The position numbers were made by a program, and so were the translations under genes. DNA of 32,000 nucleotides from Candidatus Saccharimonadota bacterium (GTDB lineage: Bacteria > Pseudomonadota > Alphaproteobacteria > CAJXXZ01 > 1604HC), in the NCBI RefSeq assembly GCF_008189405.1, contig NZ_CP043316.1:120001-152000 (forward strand). The letters run 5' to 3'. A model generated the notes under the pieces. It ran no database searches and was not told where the DNA came from. It saw nothing but the letters and a program-made list of their open reading frames with translations. This document shows, in pieces, positions 11,971 to 20,489 of this stretch. The stretch's first letter is position 1. The number at the start of each line of letters is the position of its first letter.

Positions 11971-13479
11971 CTATGCTTTTTTATATATACTATCTAAATA
12001 TGATGTCTGTGCTTTTGGTTTTAGGTTATTAAGGTACTGTGTTTGCGATTCTGTTTTGTAATACAATGTGTTTAAGTATGCTTCTGTAGGTGATGGGCGA
12101 CTAGCAGCACTTGCAGCTCTATAATCACTTCTTTGAGATGTAGAGAATTGATTTTTATATGGATCTGATTCTTCAGCATATTCAGGATCTATTTCATTCA
12201 TCATATATATTGAAGGTGAATATGTCCTTTCATTAGGATTATTTAATGAAGTTATATTTTCATTATTTTGTTGTGCTACACCTTGCATTTCTCTATGTGA
12301 TACTGCTAGAGCATTGGGTTCTTTATATCGAGAATCTTTTGCTATCAATTCAAGTGCGTACATTGGTTGCATTGGTAATGGGGCAGGTAGTAATGCTGAA
12401 TTATTTTTCATAGTATCATTACTAGTTTTAGGTTGTTGAGATTCAATTGAGGCAGATTCTGGTGTTATATTCTGCGTGCTACTTGATTGACCTGTTGTTG
12501 TGGTATATGAACTTTGATCTGGTGAGTGAGGTGGATATGGTGGAAGTGGCAAAGTGGCATTAATATTTGGTAGGTTCATTGTATTGATCATTTGATTAAG
12601 AATTAGTACATATAAAGCTTCGTACCTATTAGGTTGATATATATTATTTTCAGGTTTGTTCTGGAGAAACTCAATACTTGGAAAATGCATTTGATCTTTA
12701 TATTGTTTCAAGCAATTTTCATGAGCATTGTTAATGCCTGCCAATATTTGATTATTTAATTTATTGTTCAATATTTTTAATTCTGTTAGTGTTTGTACAC
12801 AACAAAATTGGGAAACTGTATTAATATGTTGTACAGCGCGGTGTATGTTATGTGCAGCTGGATATTGTTTTAGTATGCTCGATAATGCACCATGATTAAA
12901 CCCACTATTTGTAAGATATCTGCCCATATTGTTCTCTTTTGTTTCATATTCAACATTTTCTATATTGTTTGAGATATTACGAATGCATGATAAAATTTCT
13001 TCATCTAATACTTGTTTGAAAGAATCCAATAATGATAATTTAATTTGATTGTTCATTTGTTTGTGAGCTAATTCTGTAATATATGCTGAAATTAGCTTGG
13101 GAACTGTATGTGATTTTGTCTCACAATGTTCAGTGCTATTTTTTATTGAATGCAATGTATCAGCACTAATTTCTTTAGAATTTTTGATTTTATTATCTTT
13201 AAATAACTCTAATTGATTAGAGTTTAATTTGTAATACTTACATTCATTTCTATTGACATATACATCAAACTTTTCATTCTTGATTTTAATATTTTGAATT
13301 ATAAACCCCATAATTTCATCGCTATTCAATTGAGAAATATCGGATCGTATAATTGCACTAAATGCCTGAGATTCAACATGATGTTTATCATCATCTGATA
13401 GATCTGTTAGTGTTATAGAATTAACATGAAGTGCTGTTAAGAAAATAGAAAATAATATTTTATTGTTCATGTTTTCCAT
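11971..13479 (-). CDS. Hypothetical secreted protein with a structured N-terminal half and a Pro/Ser/Thr/Gln/Tyr-rich low-complexity C-terminal half
   Basis: A 502-aa ORF. The N-terminus MENMNNKILFSIFLTALHVNS|ITL looks like a Sec signal peptide. From about residue 300 the sequence is low complexity (LPLPPYPPHSPDQSSYTTTTGQSSSTQ...). I recognise no domain. Confidence 0.65.
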   Translation of the reverse strand: MENMNNKILFSIFLTALHVNSITLTDLSDDDKHHVESQAFSAIIRSDISQLNSDEIMGFIIQNIKIKNEKFDVYVNRNECKYYKLNSNQLELFKDNKIKNSKEISADTLHSIKNSTEHCETKSHTVPKLISAYITELAHKQMNNQIKLSLLDSFKQVLDEEILSCIRNISNNIENVEYETKENNMGRYLTNSGFNHGALSSILKQYPAAHNIHRAVQHINTVSQFCCVQTLTELKILNNKLNNQILAGINNAHENCLKQYKDQMHFPSIEFLQNKPENNIYQPNRYEALYVLILNQMINTMNLPNINATLPLPPYPPHSPDQSSYTTTTGQSSSTQNITPESASIESQQPKTSNDTMKNNSALLPAPLPMQPMYALELIAKDSRYKEPNALAVSHREMQGVAQQNNENITSLNNPNERTYSPSIYMMNEIDPEYAEESDPYKNQFSTSQRSDYRAASAASRPSPTEAYLNTLYYKTESQTQYLNNLKPKAQTSYLDSIYKKA

Positions 13480-13783
13480 TATATATAAAATTAACCAAAA
13501 GTCAATTTTTTGCTAATATTTACTTAATTTAACTTATCTGATCAAATTTACTCTTAATTTAATATAAATTTCATATAGCTTTAACATAAATTTAATGTGA
13601 TTCCCACGTTTTTTTAATTATTTTTTTTGATATTTTAACTATTTTTATATTTTATTCTGCTATTTTTTTAATTTTTGCATATTTTTTATACTATTTTTAC
13701 GTTTTTATGCCTTATATTTCACTTTGGTCGTGTTTTGGGATTGAGAATAATATACTATAATGATGCTTAAGAAGGTTTGATAT

Positions 13784-14230
13784 ATGATTAGCAAGGGTTT
13801 TATGACTTTATTTATAGTGTTTATAGACCAAATGACCAAAAGATTGGCATTACACCACAGTTTCCAGCATGGAGTATACTCATTTTGCTCATTTCTGAAA
13901 GTGCAGATTAGATGGAATTATGGGTTGAGTTTTAGTATTTGTAGCAGTTTTTATACGTGGGTACTGAAATTTATTATTATATCAGCTTGTTTGATATTGC
14001 TAAATTTGTGGTATAAAGTAAAAAATAAATTTGAAACAGTTTCGTATAGTTTGATTCTAGGTGGTGGGATTAGTAATTTAATAGATAGGTTTTTATATAA
14101 TGCTGTTTTAGATTTTATTTCGGTAAATATTGCTGGTATATCATTTCCTGTTTTTAATATTGCAGATATTGCTATCACAATTGGGGTTGCCATGTTGGTT
14201 TGGAAAAATGTATCCTCTAGAAAAGCATGA
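13784..14230 (+). CDS. lspA: Lipoprotein signal peptidase (signal peptidase II)
   Basis: 148 aa with four hydrophobic segments. Motifs NYGLSFS (NxGAAF-like), NLIDRFLYNAVLDFIS and FNIADIAITIG (FNxAD) are present. Its TGA stop overlaps the mutL ATG (atga at 14227-14230). Confidence 0.85.
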   Translation: MISKGFMTLFIVFIDQMTKRLALHHSFQHGVYSFCSFLKVQIRWNYGLSFSICSSFYTWVLKFIIISACLILLNLWYKVKNKFETVSYSLILGGGISNLIDRFLYNAVLDFISVNIAGISFPVFNIADIAITIGVAMLVWKNVSSRKA

Positions 14231-16017
14231 ATATTATTAGAAAATTATCAGATGATTTAGTGCGTCAGATTTCTGCTGGTGAAGTGGTTGTGAGGCCAAT
14301 ATCTGTTGTGAAGGAATTAGTAGAAAATGCGATAGATTCTGGAGCAGAGCATATTAAAATATGCATAGAAAATGGTGGAAAAACATCTATTATGGTTGAA
14401 GATGATGGATGTGGGATGTGTTTGTCTGATTTAGAAATGTGTCTCGAACAGCATGCAACTTCAAAATTAACTAACCTTTTCCAAGTGCATACATTAGGAT
14501 TTAGGGGAGAAGCTCTATATGCAATTAGTTCAGTAGCTGATATAGAAATTGTTACTTGTAAAGATGATGAAAGCTATGCATTAACTTGCGAGAATCAGCA
14601 AGTGGAAATTACTGAGTGTAAACCTAGAGAAGGTACAAAAATTACAGTAACTAACCTTTTCCAAAGTTTGCCTGCTAGATTGAAATTCTTACGTTCAGAT
14701 TATGTAGAGTGGAATTTGATTTTTGATTATTTGCAGAAAATTATGCTTGCATATCCGAACATAACATGGAAAATATCAAATGGAAAACAAATTGATAAAA
14801 AATATTTAGCTGTTGATATTCAATCTAGATTGGCAGATGTATTTCAAGATAATGGTGAATTTTTTAAAATAAGCCACGCTCATGATGGCTGTTCGATTGA
14901 AGGAATGTTTAGTAAAAGGCACCACTCATCCAATAATTGTGTGATTTTTGTTAATAATCGATATGTAAAAGATAAAGGGATTTTAGCGTGTATTAGGTCA
15001 ACTATGAGTGATTATATTCCAGATAAAAGATGGCCCATGGGTATAGTACAATTTACGATTCCATCCCATGAGGTTGATGTTAATGTTCATCCTAGCAAAG
15101 AAGAAGTTAGGTTCATGAAATGGCATATTATTAGGAATATTTTATCCACAGCATTATATAAATCATTAAATGTAGTGAAATCAATGTCAAATCATGTCTC
15201 TTTAAGTGCTATGACTCAAACTGCGAAAATATTACAAAAGAAGCATGAATTTATAGATAAAGAAGAAGATAATGACTATAGTATCGAGGATGCACATATT
15301 TTTGATCAGAAGAATATGCAAAAAGTAGGTGTAGGTGGTAGGAAAGTAAATATATACAAAAAAGAGCAGGAAGTTGAAATTGATTATAGTAAGTTTAATC
15401 AAAGTACAAAAAGAAATGAATTAAGTGATTCAATTGATATTAGGCCAATTCCTGAAAAAGAAGAGAAGCATTATAGAGTTTTAGGTCAATTCAAAAAAAG
15501 TTATATAATAGTTGCGGTAGATGACGGGATTTTATTAGTGGATCAGCATGCTATTCATGAGAGACATGTATATGAGAAGATGAAAAAAGAAATTAAAGAA
15601 TCTACTGTTGGTAATAAATTGTTAATTCCGATGCAAATACCGCTTTCAACAAAGCAGAAAATTGTATTAGAAGAATTGAAAGATAAACTAGCTAGATGGG
15701 GATTGTCTTTTTATAATGAAAAATTGACATCTATTCCAAGCTTTTGGAATTTAAATAAAATTCACATACTATTAGATATATTTTTTGATTCAATAGAAAA
15801 TTTTGGATCAGAATCAGAAGATCGCATGTTATGGGGTAAGTTTTTGGCAGATGTTGCATGTAAGAATAGTATTAAAGCTGGAATGGAATTAAATATGCAG
15901 CAAATGATTGATTTTGTTGATACTGCGCTGAATAGTGTAGGGGTCTGTAATCATGGGAGAAAATCTACATACTTACTAAAATTAAAAGATGTAGAGAAAA
16001 TGTTTGATAGAGTTTAA
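14227..16017 (+). CDS. mutL: DNA mismatch repair protein MutL (endonuclease-type)
   Basis: The N-terminal GHKL ATPase shows QISAGEVVVRPISVVKELVENAIDSGA, DDGCGM and LGFRGEAL. The C-terminal DQHAIHERHVYE fits DQHAxxExxxxE, and CNHGRK is CPHGRP-like. Both are typical of MutH-independent MutL. Confidence 0.93.
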   Translation: MNIIRKLSDDLVRQISAGEVVVRPISVVKELVENAIDSGAEHIKICIENGGKTSIMVEDDGCGMCLSDLEMCLEQHATSKLTNLFQVHTLGFRGEALYAISSVADIEIVTCKDDESYALTCENQQVEITECKPREGTKITVTNLFQSLPARLKFLRSDYVEWNLIFDYLQKIMLAYPNITWKISNGKQIDKKYLAVDIQSRLADVFQDNGEFFKISHAHDGCSIEGMFSKRHHSSNNCVIFVNNRYVKDKGILACIRSTMSDYIPDKRWPMGIVQFTIPSHEVDVNVHPSKEEVRFMKWHIIRNILSTALYKSLNVVKSMSNHVSLSAMTQTAKILQKKHEFIDKEEDNDYSIEDAHIFDQKNMQKVGVGGRKVNIYKKEQEVEIDYSKFNQSTKRNELSDSIDIRPIPEKEEKHYRVLGQFKKSYIIVAVDDGILLVDQHAIHERHVYEKMKKEIKESTVGNKLLIPMQIPLSTKQKIVLEELKDKLARWGLSFYNEKLTSIPSFWNLNKIHILLDIFFDSIENFGSESEDRMLWGKFLADVACKNSIKAGMELNMQQMIDFVDTALNSVGVCNHGRKSTYLLKLKDVEKMFDRV

Positions 16018-16300
16018 ATGTTTTAATTAGTATGTATGCTTAACTAGTTTTAGCTTCTAATATTTCAATGTAGTTTATGAGATATGATTTTTAGAAGAAT
16101 CCTTTAATGGAATTTGATGCATATTAACCATAATTGTTTGAATGCACTAATTGCTTTGTATAAATATCATTGATTGTGCCATTCACTTTCTTTTAAAAGT
16201 TTATATTATTAAATTTGATTGTTTATAGATTATCTCATTCATCAATTGTATTATTCTGTTTGTGAATTATATTGTTTGGCTTATAAATTACATATATTCT

Positions 16301-17170
16301 TTATGAATCAATAATATTTAAGTTCATTTCAAGAAGTTTATGCTTTAACGTTAATATATCATGCCACATTTCTTTTTTCTTGCTTGGTGAGCGGAGTAAG
16401 TAAGAAGGGTGAAATACAGGCATAAATAACATATTATCTTTTTCAGTAAATTGACCACGTATTGTAGTAATAGCTTTGATCTGATTCATTACAGCTCTAT
16501 GAGATGTGCTCCCAATCAGAACTACAATTTTCGGTTTTATTATATCTATATGATTCATAATATAAGGGCGCATAATATTTATTTCCTCAAGTGTTGGAGT
16601 TCTATTGCTAGGAGGACGCCATGGTACAATATTTGTTATATAGTAGTTTTTTCTATATATTCCAGCTGCATTAAGCATTGTTTCAAGTAGTTTCCCACTT
16701 TCCCCTACAAATGGCTTTCCTTGCTTATCTTCTTCTTGACCTGGCGCTTCTCCAATAAACATCAAAGGTGATTCAGAATCTCCATCAGAAAAAACCATTG
16801 TTGTTGCATGTTGCTTGAATGGTAGATTTACTTTGGCCAATTGCATGCGAAGTTCTGTTAAGGTATTAGATTTAATAAATTCAATTATTTGTTTGTTTTC
16901 TTTAAGTGTTTGTTTTTCTTTTTTATGAATATTTATACTATTTGTTTTATTAGTAAAATTACTGATCTGATTAGTATGATTATACTGGGTACTTGTTTGT
17001 TTTTCACCCACATGCATAGATTGATTTGTGTTTTTATTAATAGATTCACTGTTTATAGAAGGTGGTTTTTTTACAGAAGGTAGTTTCTTCTTTAATTGAG
17101 AGTAATTAGGGATTCGTGATTTGGATTGCATGCTATTTAGCCAAACACTAAATTCATTATTGCTTGCCAA
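16301..17170 (-). CDS. Uracil-DNA glycosylase, family 4, with ~110-aa low-complexity N-terminal extension
   Basis: GEAPGQEEDKQGKPFVGESGKLL matches the family-4 motif GE(A/G)PGxxED...PFxGxxGxLL. The C-terminal FHPSYLLR matches the HPSxLLR motif. Confidence 0.85.
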   Translation of the reverse strand: MASNNEFSVWLNSMQSKSRIPNYSQLKKKLPSVKKPPSINSESINKNTNQSMHVGEKQTSTQYNHTNQISNFTNKTNSINIHKKEKQTLKENKQIIEFIKSNTLTELRMQLAKVNLPFKQHATTMVFSDGDSESPLMFIGEAPGQEEDKQGKPFVGESGKLLETMLNAAGIYRKNYYITNIVPWRPPSNRTPTLEEINIMRPYIMNHIDIIKPKIVVLIGSTSHRAVMNQIKAITTIRGQFTEKDNMLFMPVFHPSYLLRSPSKKKEMWHDILTLKHKLLEMNLNIIDS

Positions 17171-17297
17171 CTTTATTTCTACCTTTCATTTTTTAAATTC
17201 TTACCTTTCATTACGAATTTTGAATTTATAATTGTGCCATTACATTTCAATTTATTAGTAATTTTATATTGATTATTTATTTTCTTTTGCAAATTAA

Positions 17298-17603
17298 TCA
17301 TGCTTTAAATGATGTTCCACAATGACAAGTTTTTTTGAAGTGCTGACTTGTGATTTGAAATTTTTCTTCCATTAAATTTTCAATGAAATCTATAGTAGCA
17401 TTTTCAATTTTAGATAATGTAAATTTATCCACTAATACTGTTTTGTTTTGATGTTGAAATGCTACATCTTCCTCCATAGAAGATTCAGGGAATGAAAACT
17501 CATATTTAAACCCATTACATCCTCCGAAGAAAACTTTAATTTTTACAAAAGATTTCTTCATTTGATCTAACCTATTAATTGCATTTTCAGAAAGATAAAC
17601 CAT
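17298..17603 (-). CDS. erpA: Iron-sulfur cluster insertion/carrier protein, HesB/IscA/ErpA family
   Basis: GGCNGFKYEFSF together with the C-terminal CHCGTSF gives the three-Cys A-type carrier signature Cx(n)CGCGxSF. The likely start is MVYLSENAINRL at 17603; the track start is 17624. Confidence 0.85.
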   Translation of the reverse strand: MVYLSENAINRLDQMKKSFVKIKVFFGGCNGFKYEFSFPESSMEEDVAFQHQNKTVLVDKFTLSKIENATIDFIENLMEEKFQITSQHFKKTCHCGTSFKA

Positions 17604-17805
17604 AACTATAATTTTAACATACAATATTAAATTCTAATATACGGGAACTGTTAGAATGCAAATCATTAAATATTGGGATTAGAGCAGAAATCATAAAATG
17701 TACAAAAAAATGTAGAAAATGTAGAAATAAAAGAAGTATATAAAAAAAGCATTTGAAAGTTATGGTGATTAAATATATAATGCATATAAATTTATTGGAG
17801 GTTTT

Positions 17806-18486
17806 TTGAACAGGAAAAATATTATAGAACAAGCAATCAAAGGGATAGATTTGATCAGTAAACTTGGTTTAGATGCTGATATAATTGGATTTAAATCAGC
17901 TGATAAAGTTTATGACTTACATGCAGAGATCCCTGTAAATACAGAGGTTATTTCTTTATATAAGAGTGATGATGAATATATACATTTTCTTAGGCATGAT
18001 GCAGCGCATGTTTTAGCTCAAGGGTTGACGCATATATTCCCAAACATAGAGTTTGGTAAACAATTTTTTAAAGATACAAACGTATTTGGATTTGATGTGT
18101 TCTTTCCAGAGCATAAGTTCACCAAGGATGATTTCCCAAAAATTGAAAAAGCCATGAAGGATGTTGTTGCAAAAAGTGATGATATTATTAGGCATGTTTG
18201 GTCAAAAGAGAAAGCATTGCAATATTTTCCGAATGATCAATTTAAGCAAGATATTATTTCTAATGCACCTAAAAATACAATCATGTTATATGAGCATGGC
18301 GATTACATAGATATTTGTGGTGGTCCGCGTGGAATGAATAATAGTCATGTTGGTAATCATTTTGTGCTATTAGATGTACAGGACTCAGAATGGATGTTTA
18401 ATTCTTCTAAGAAAATGCAAAGAATTATATGCGCATGTTTTAGGAATGAGTCTGAGATGAAAGATTTCTTAATGGAATATAAATAA
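17806..18486 (+). CDS. Free-standing ThrRS N-terminal paralog (TGS-like N1 plus N2 editing domain), with no catalytic or anticodon-binding domain
   Basis: 226 aa that align with E. coli ThrRS residues ~1-240: LRHDAAHVLAQGL vs IRHSCAHLLGHAI, YIDICGGPRG vs YVDMCRGPHV, and KKMQRIICACF vs KMLQRIYGTAW. The TTG start at 17806 is preceded by GGAGG at 17797-17801. It ends 26 nt before thrS. Confidence 0.75.
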   Translation: MNRKNIIEQAIKGIDLISKLGLDADIIGFKSADKVYDLHAEIPVNTEVISLYKSDDEYIHFLRHDAAHVLAQGLTHIFPNIEFGKQFFKDTNVFGFDVFFPEHKFTKDDFPKIEKAMKDVVAKSDDIIRHVWSKEKALQYFPNDQFKQDIISNAPKNTIMLYEHGDYIDICGGPRGMNNSHVGNHFVLLDVQDSEWMFNSSKKMQRIICACFRNESEMKDFLMEYK

Positions 18487-18512
18487 ATTATGTATTATAA
18501 TTTGAGATCAGT

Positions 18513-20489
18513 ATGATAGAAATCAATTTAGGTAATTCGGTAGAACAATTTGGGTCTGGTGTTTCTACTTTTTCTATAATAGAAGAGCTAGGGAATAAAG
18601 CAAAAGATGTTATAGGGTTTAAGTGTACAAAAACAGGCCAAGTATATGATTTGCATAGCTATTTACGTGGGCCTATTTCAGTTGCTCCAATCAAAACTAA
18701 TACCGCAGAGCATTTAGAGATGATTAGAAATGATGCAGGGCATATTTTATCTCATGTATTATCAGATTTATATAATGCAGCCACAGTAGATATTAAAATT
18801 ACAGAACATGGATTTTATGTTGATTTTTATTGTGATAAATCTATTTCTGAACATGATTTTGGCAAAATAGAGAAAAAAATGAATCAATTAATTATGAAAA
18901 ATGATAGATTTATTATTAACTCTTTGAATAAAGAAGAAGCATTAGGTTTGTTTGAGCAGTTAGGTAATAAATTTGCATCTACAATAGTTCAAAATAGTAA
19001 CGATGAGTGTTTTTCTGTGCATACACATGGGAATCATAAAGTTTTGGCAGAAGGATCTCGTAGTCTAAGTACTAAAAGTATAGGGAAGCATTTTAAAATT
19101 TTATCTATATCTGGCTCTGAATGGGAACATGGATCTGAGAAATTACAAAGGATTCATGGCACTTGCTGGTATGATAAAGAATCACTGGAAAGTCATTTGA
19201 AGAATATAGAAGAAAATTTAAAGTGGGATCATAGAATAATTGGAAAACAAATGTCTATGTTTAATATTGATCCTGAGATTGCTAGTGGAATGGTGTTTTG
19301 GCTTCCAAATGGTGTGAAAGCGCTTAATAAAATTAGAGAGTATTTAAGAAGTACCTGGGTCGAATATGGATATCAAGAAGTTTCAACCCCAATCGTAATG
19401 AACTCTAATTTATGGGATAAGTCTGGCCATACTGAAATGTTTAGAGAAAATATGATGTTTATGAGTTTGCAGGATAATGATTATGCGTTAAAGCCAATGA
19501 GTTGTCCTGCTCATATTAATATTTTCAAATTAGGAAATAAGAGTTATAGAGATTTACCTTATAAGTTATCTGAATTTGGATTATGCCATAGATATGAGCC
19601 TTCAGGGTCTTTACAAGGGTTGATGAGAGCAAGAAGTTTTACACAAGATGATGCTCATGTATTTGTTTCTGAAGAGCAAATTGAAGGTGTGATTCTAGAT
19701 TTCTGTGAGATGGTAAAAGTTGTTTATAAGAAGTTTGGATTTGATAAGATATTGGTATGCTTGGCAACTAGACCTGAGAAGTATATTGGAGAAATATCTG
19801 CATGGGATCAAGCTGAAAGAGCTTTGCTAGATGCAGCAAATAAATCTGATCTTAATTGTACAATTAATGAAGGTGAAGGAGCATTTTATGGACCTAAGCT
19901 AGAATTTTCAATTAAAGATAGAAAAGGGCATGTATGGCAATGTGGAACAGTACAAGTCGATTTCTCTCTTGCAAAAAGGTTGGAGGCTTTTTATACAGAT
20001 GAAAATGCTGATAGAAAAGCTCCTGTAGTTATTCATCATGCTGTTCTAGGATCTTTAGAAAGATTTTTTGGAATACTATTAGAGAATACAAAAGGGTTAT
20101 TACCATCATGGGTGCATCCATACCCTATAGCTATTTTGCCTATTAAAAATTCACAAGAAGAGTATGCAAATTCTATTAAAAATGCAATGAAGCTCTATAG
20201 TATTGATTGTGAAATTGATAATTCTAATCAAACATTGGGTTATAAAATAAAGCATTGGATAGACAAAAGGACTCCTTATATATTAATTATTGGAGCAAAA
20301 GAAGAACAGTCTAATAAAGTTACATTACGATTATTAGATGGAAAGGAAGAAAGTTTGACTTTAGAAGAGCTTATATCAAAAATTGGAGCTATGAAAGAAA
20401 CTGTTGATTCTATAGAGATAAATAGAAATGTAAATGATACAAATAGCAATGGGGCAAGTAGAACTGCAGATGGAGTTATAAATGAATAA
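18513..20489 (+). CDS. thrS: Threonyl-tRNA synthetase (full length)
   Basis: 658 aa. It has DHRIIGKQ, KPMSCPAHINIF, HRYEPSGSLQGLMRARSFTQDDAHVF, GEGAFYGPKLEF, WQCGTVQVDF and VVIHHAVLGSLERF. The Zn ligands equivalent to E. coli C334, H385 and H511 are present, followed by an anticodon-binding domain. Confidence 0.95.
   Translation: MIEINLGNSVEQFGSGVSTFSIIEELGNKAKDVIGFKCTKTGQVYDLHSYLRGPISVAPIKTNTAEHLEMIRNDAGHILSHVLSDLYNAATVDIKITEHGFYVDFYCDKSISEHDFGKIEKKMNQLIMKNDRFIINSLNKEEALGLFEQLGNKFASTIVQNSNDECFSVHTHGNHKVLAEGSRSLSTKSIGKHFKILSISGSEWEHGSEKLQRIHGTCWYDKESLESHLKNIEENLKWDHRIIGKQMSMFNIDPEIASGMVFWLPNGVKALNKIREYLRSTWVEYGYQEVSTPIVMNSNLWDKSGHTEMFRENMMFMSLQDNDYALKPMSCPAHINIFKLGNKSYRDLPYKLSEFGLCHRYEPSGSLQGLMRARSFTQDDAHVFVSEEQIEGVILDFCEMVKVVYKKFGFDKILVCLATRPEKYIGEISAWDQAERALLDAANKSDLNCTINEGEGAFYGPKLEFSIKDRKGHVWQCGTVQVDFSLAKRLEAFYTDENADRKAPVVIHHAVLGSLERFFGILLENTKGLLPSWVHPYPIAILPIKNSQEEYANSIKNAMKLYSIDCEIDNSNQTLGYKIKHWIDKRTPYILIIGAKEEQSNKVTLRLLDGKEESLTLEELISKIGAMKETVDSIEINRNVNDTNSNGASRTADGVINE

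Noticed and set aside
15142-15150. A perfect DnaA-box consensus TTATCCACA lies here, with a second on the other strand at 28674-28682 (TGTGGATAA). Together with the presence of gyrB, this might hint at a replication origin.
   Set aside because: Both boxes are isolated and sit inside coding sequence (mutL and gatA). There is no cluster of boxes, no AT-rich unwinding element next to them, and no dnaA/dnaN or hemE context. Chance occurrence is adequate.
17614-17832. A 72-aa minus-strand ORF lies in the erpA / ThrRS-paralog divergent spacer.
   Set aside because: It overlaps both the erpA start and the paralog start plus its Shine-Dalgarno. Its translation is Phe/Ile/Leu-rich, derived from A/T runs, and has no start context. 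It is most likely promoter DNA.
17806-18486. The ThrRS N-terminal ORF could simply be a 5' fragment left by a recent partial duplication or a frameshifted thrS.
   Set aside because: - Its similarity to the N-terminus of the adjacent thrS is only modest, so the duplication is old.
- It has its own GGAGG Shine-Dalgarno and start, and it ends cleanly at the domain boundary.
- It preserves editing residues better than the full-length copy.
- Decay is still possible and is listed as the refuting outcome in the finding.
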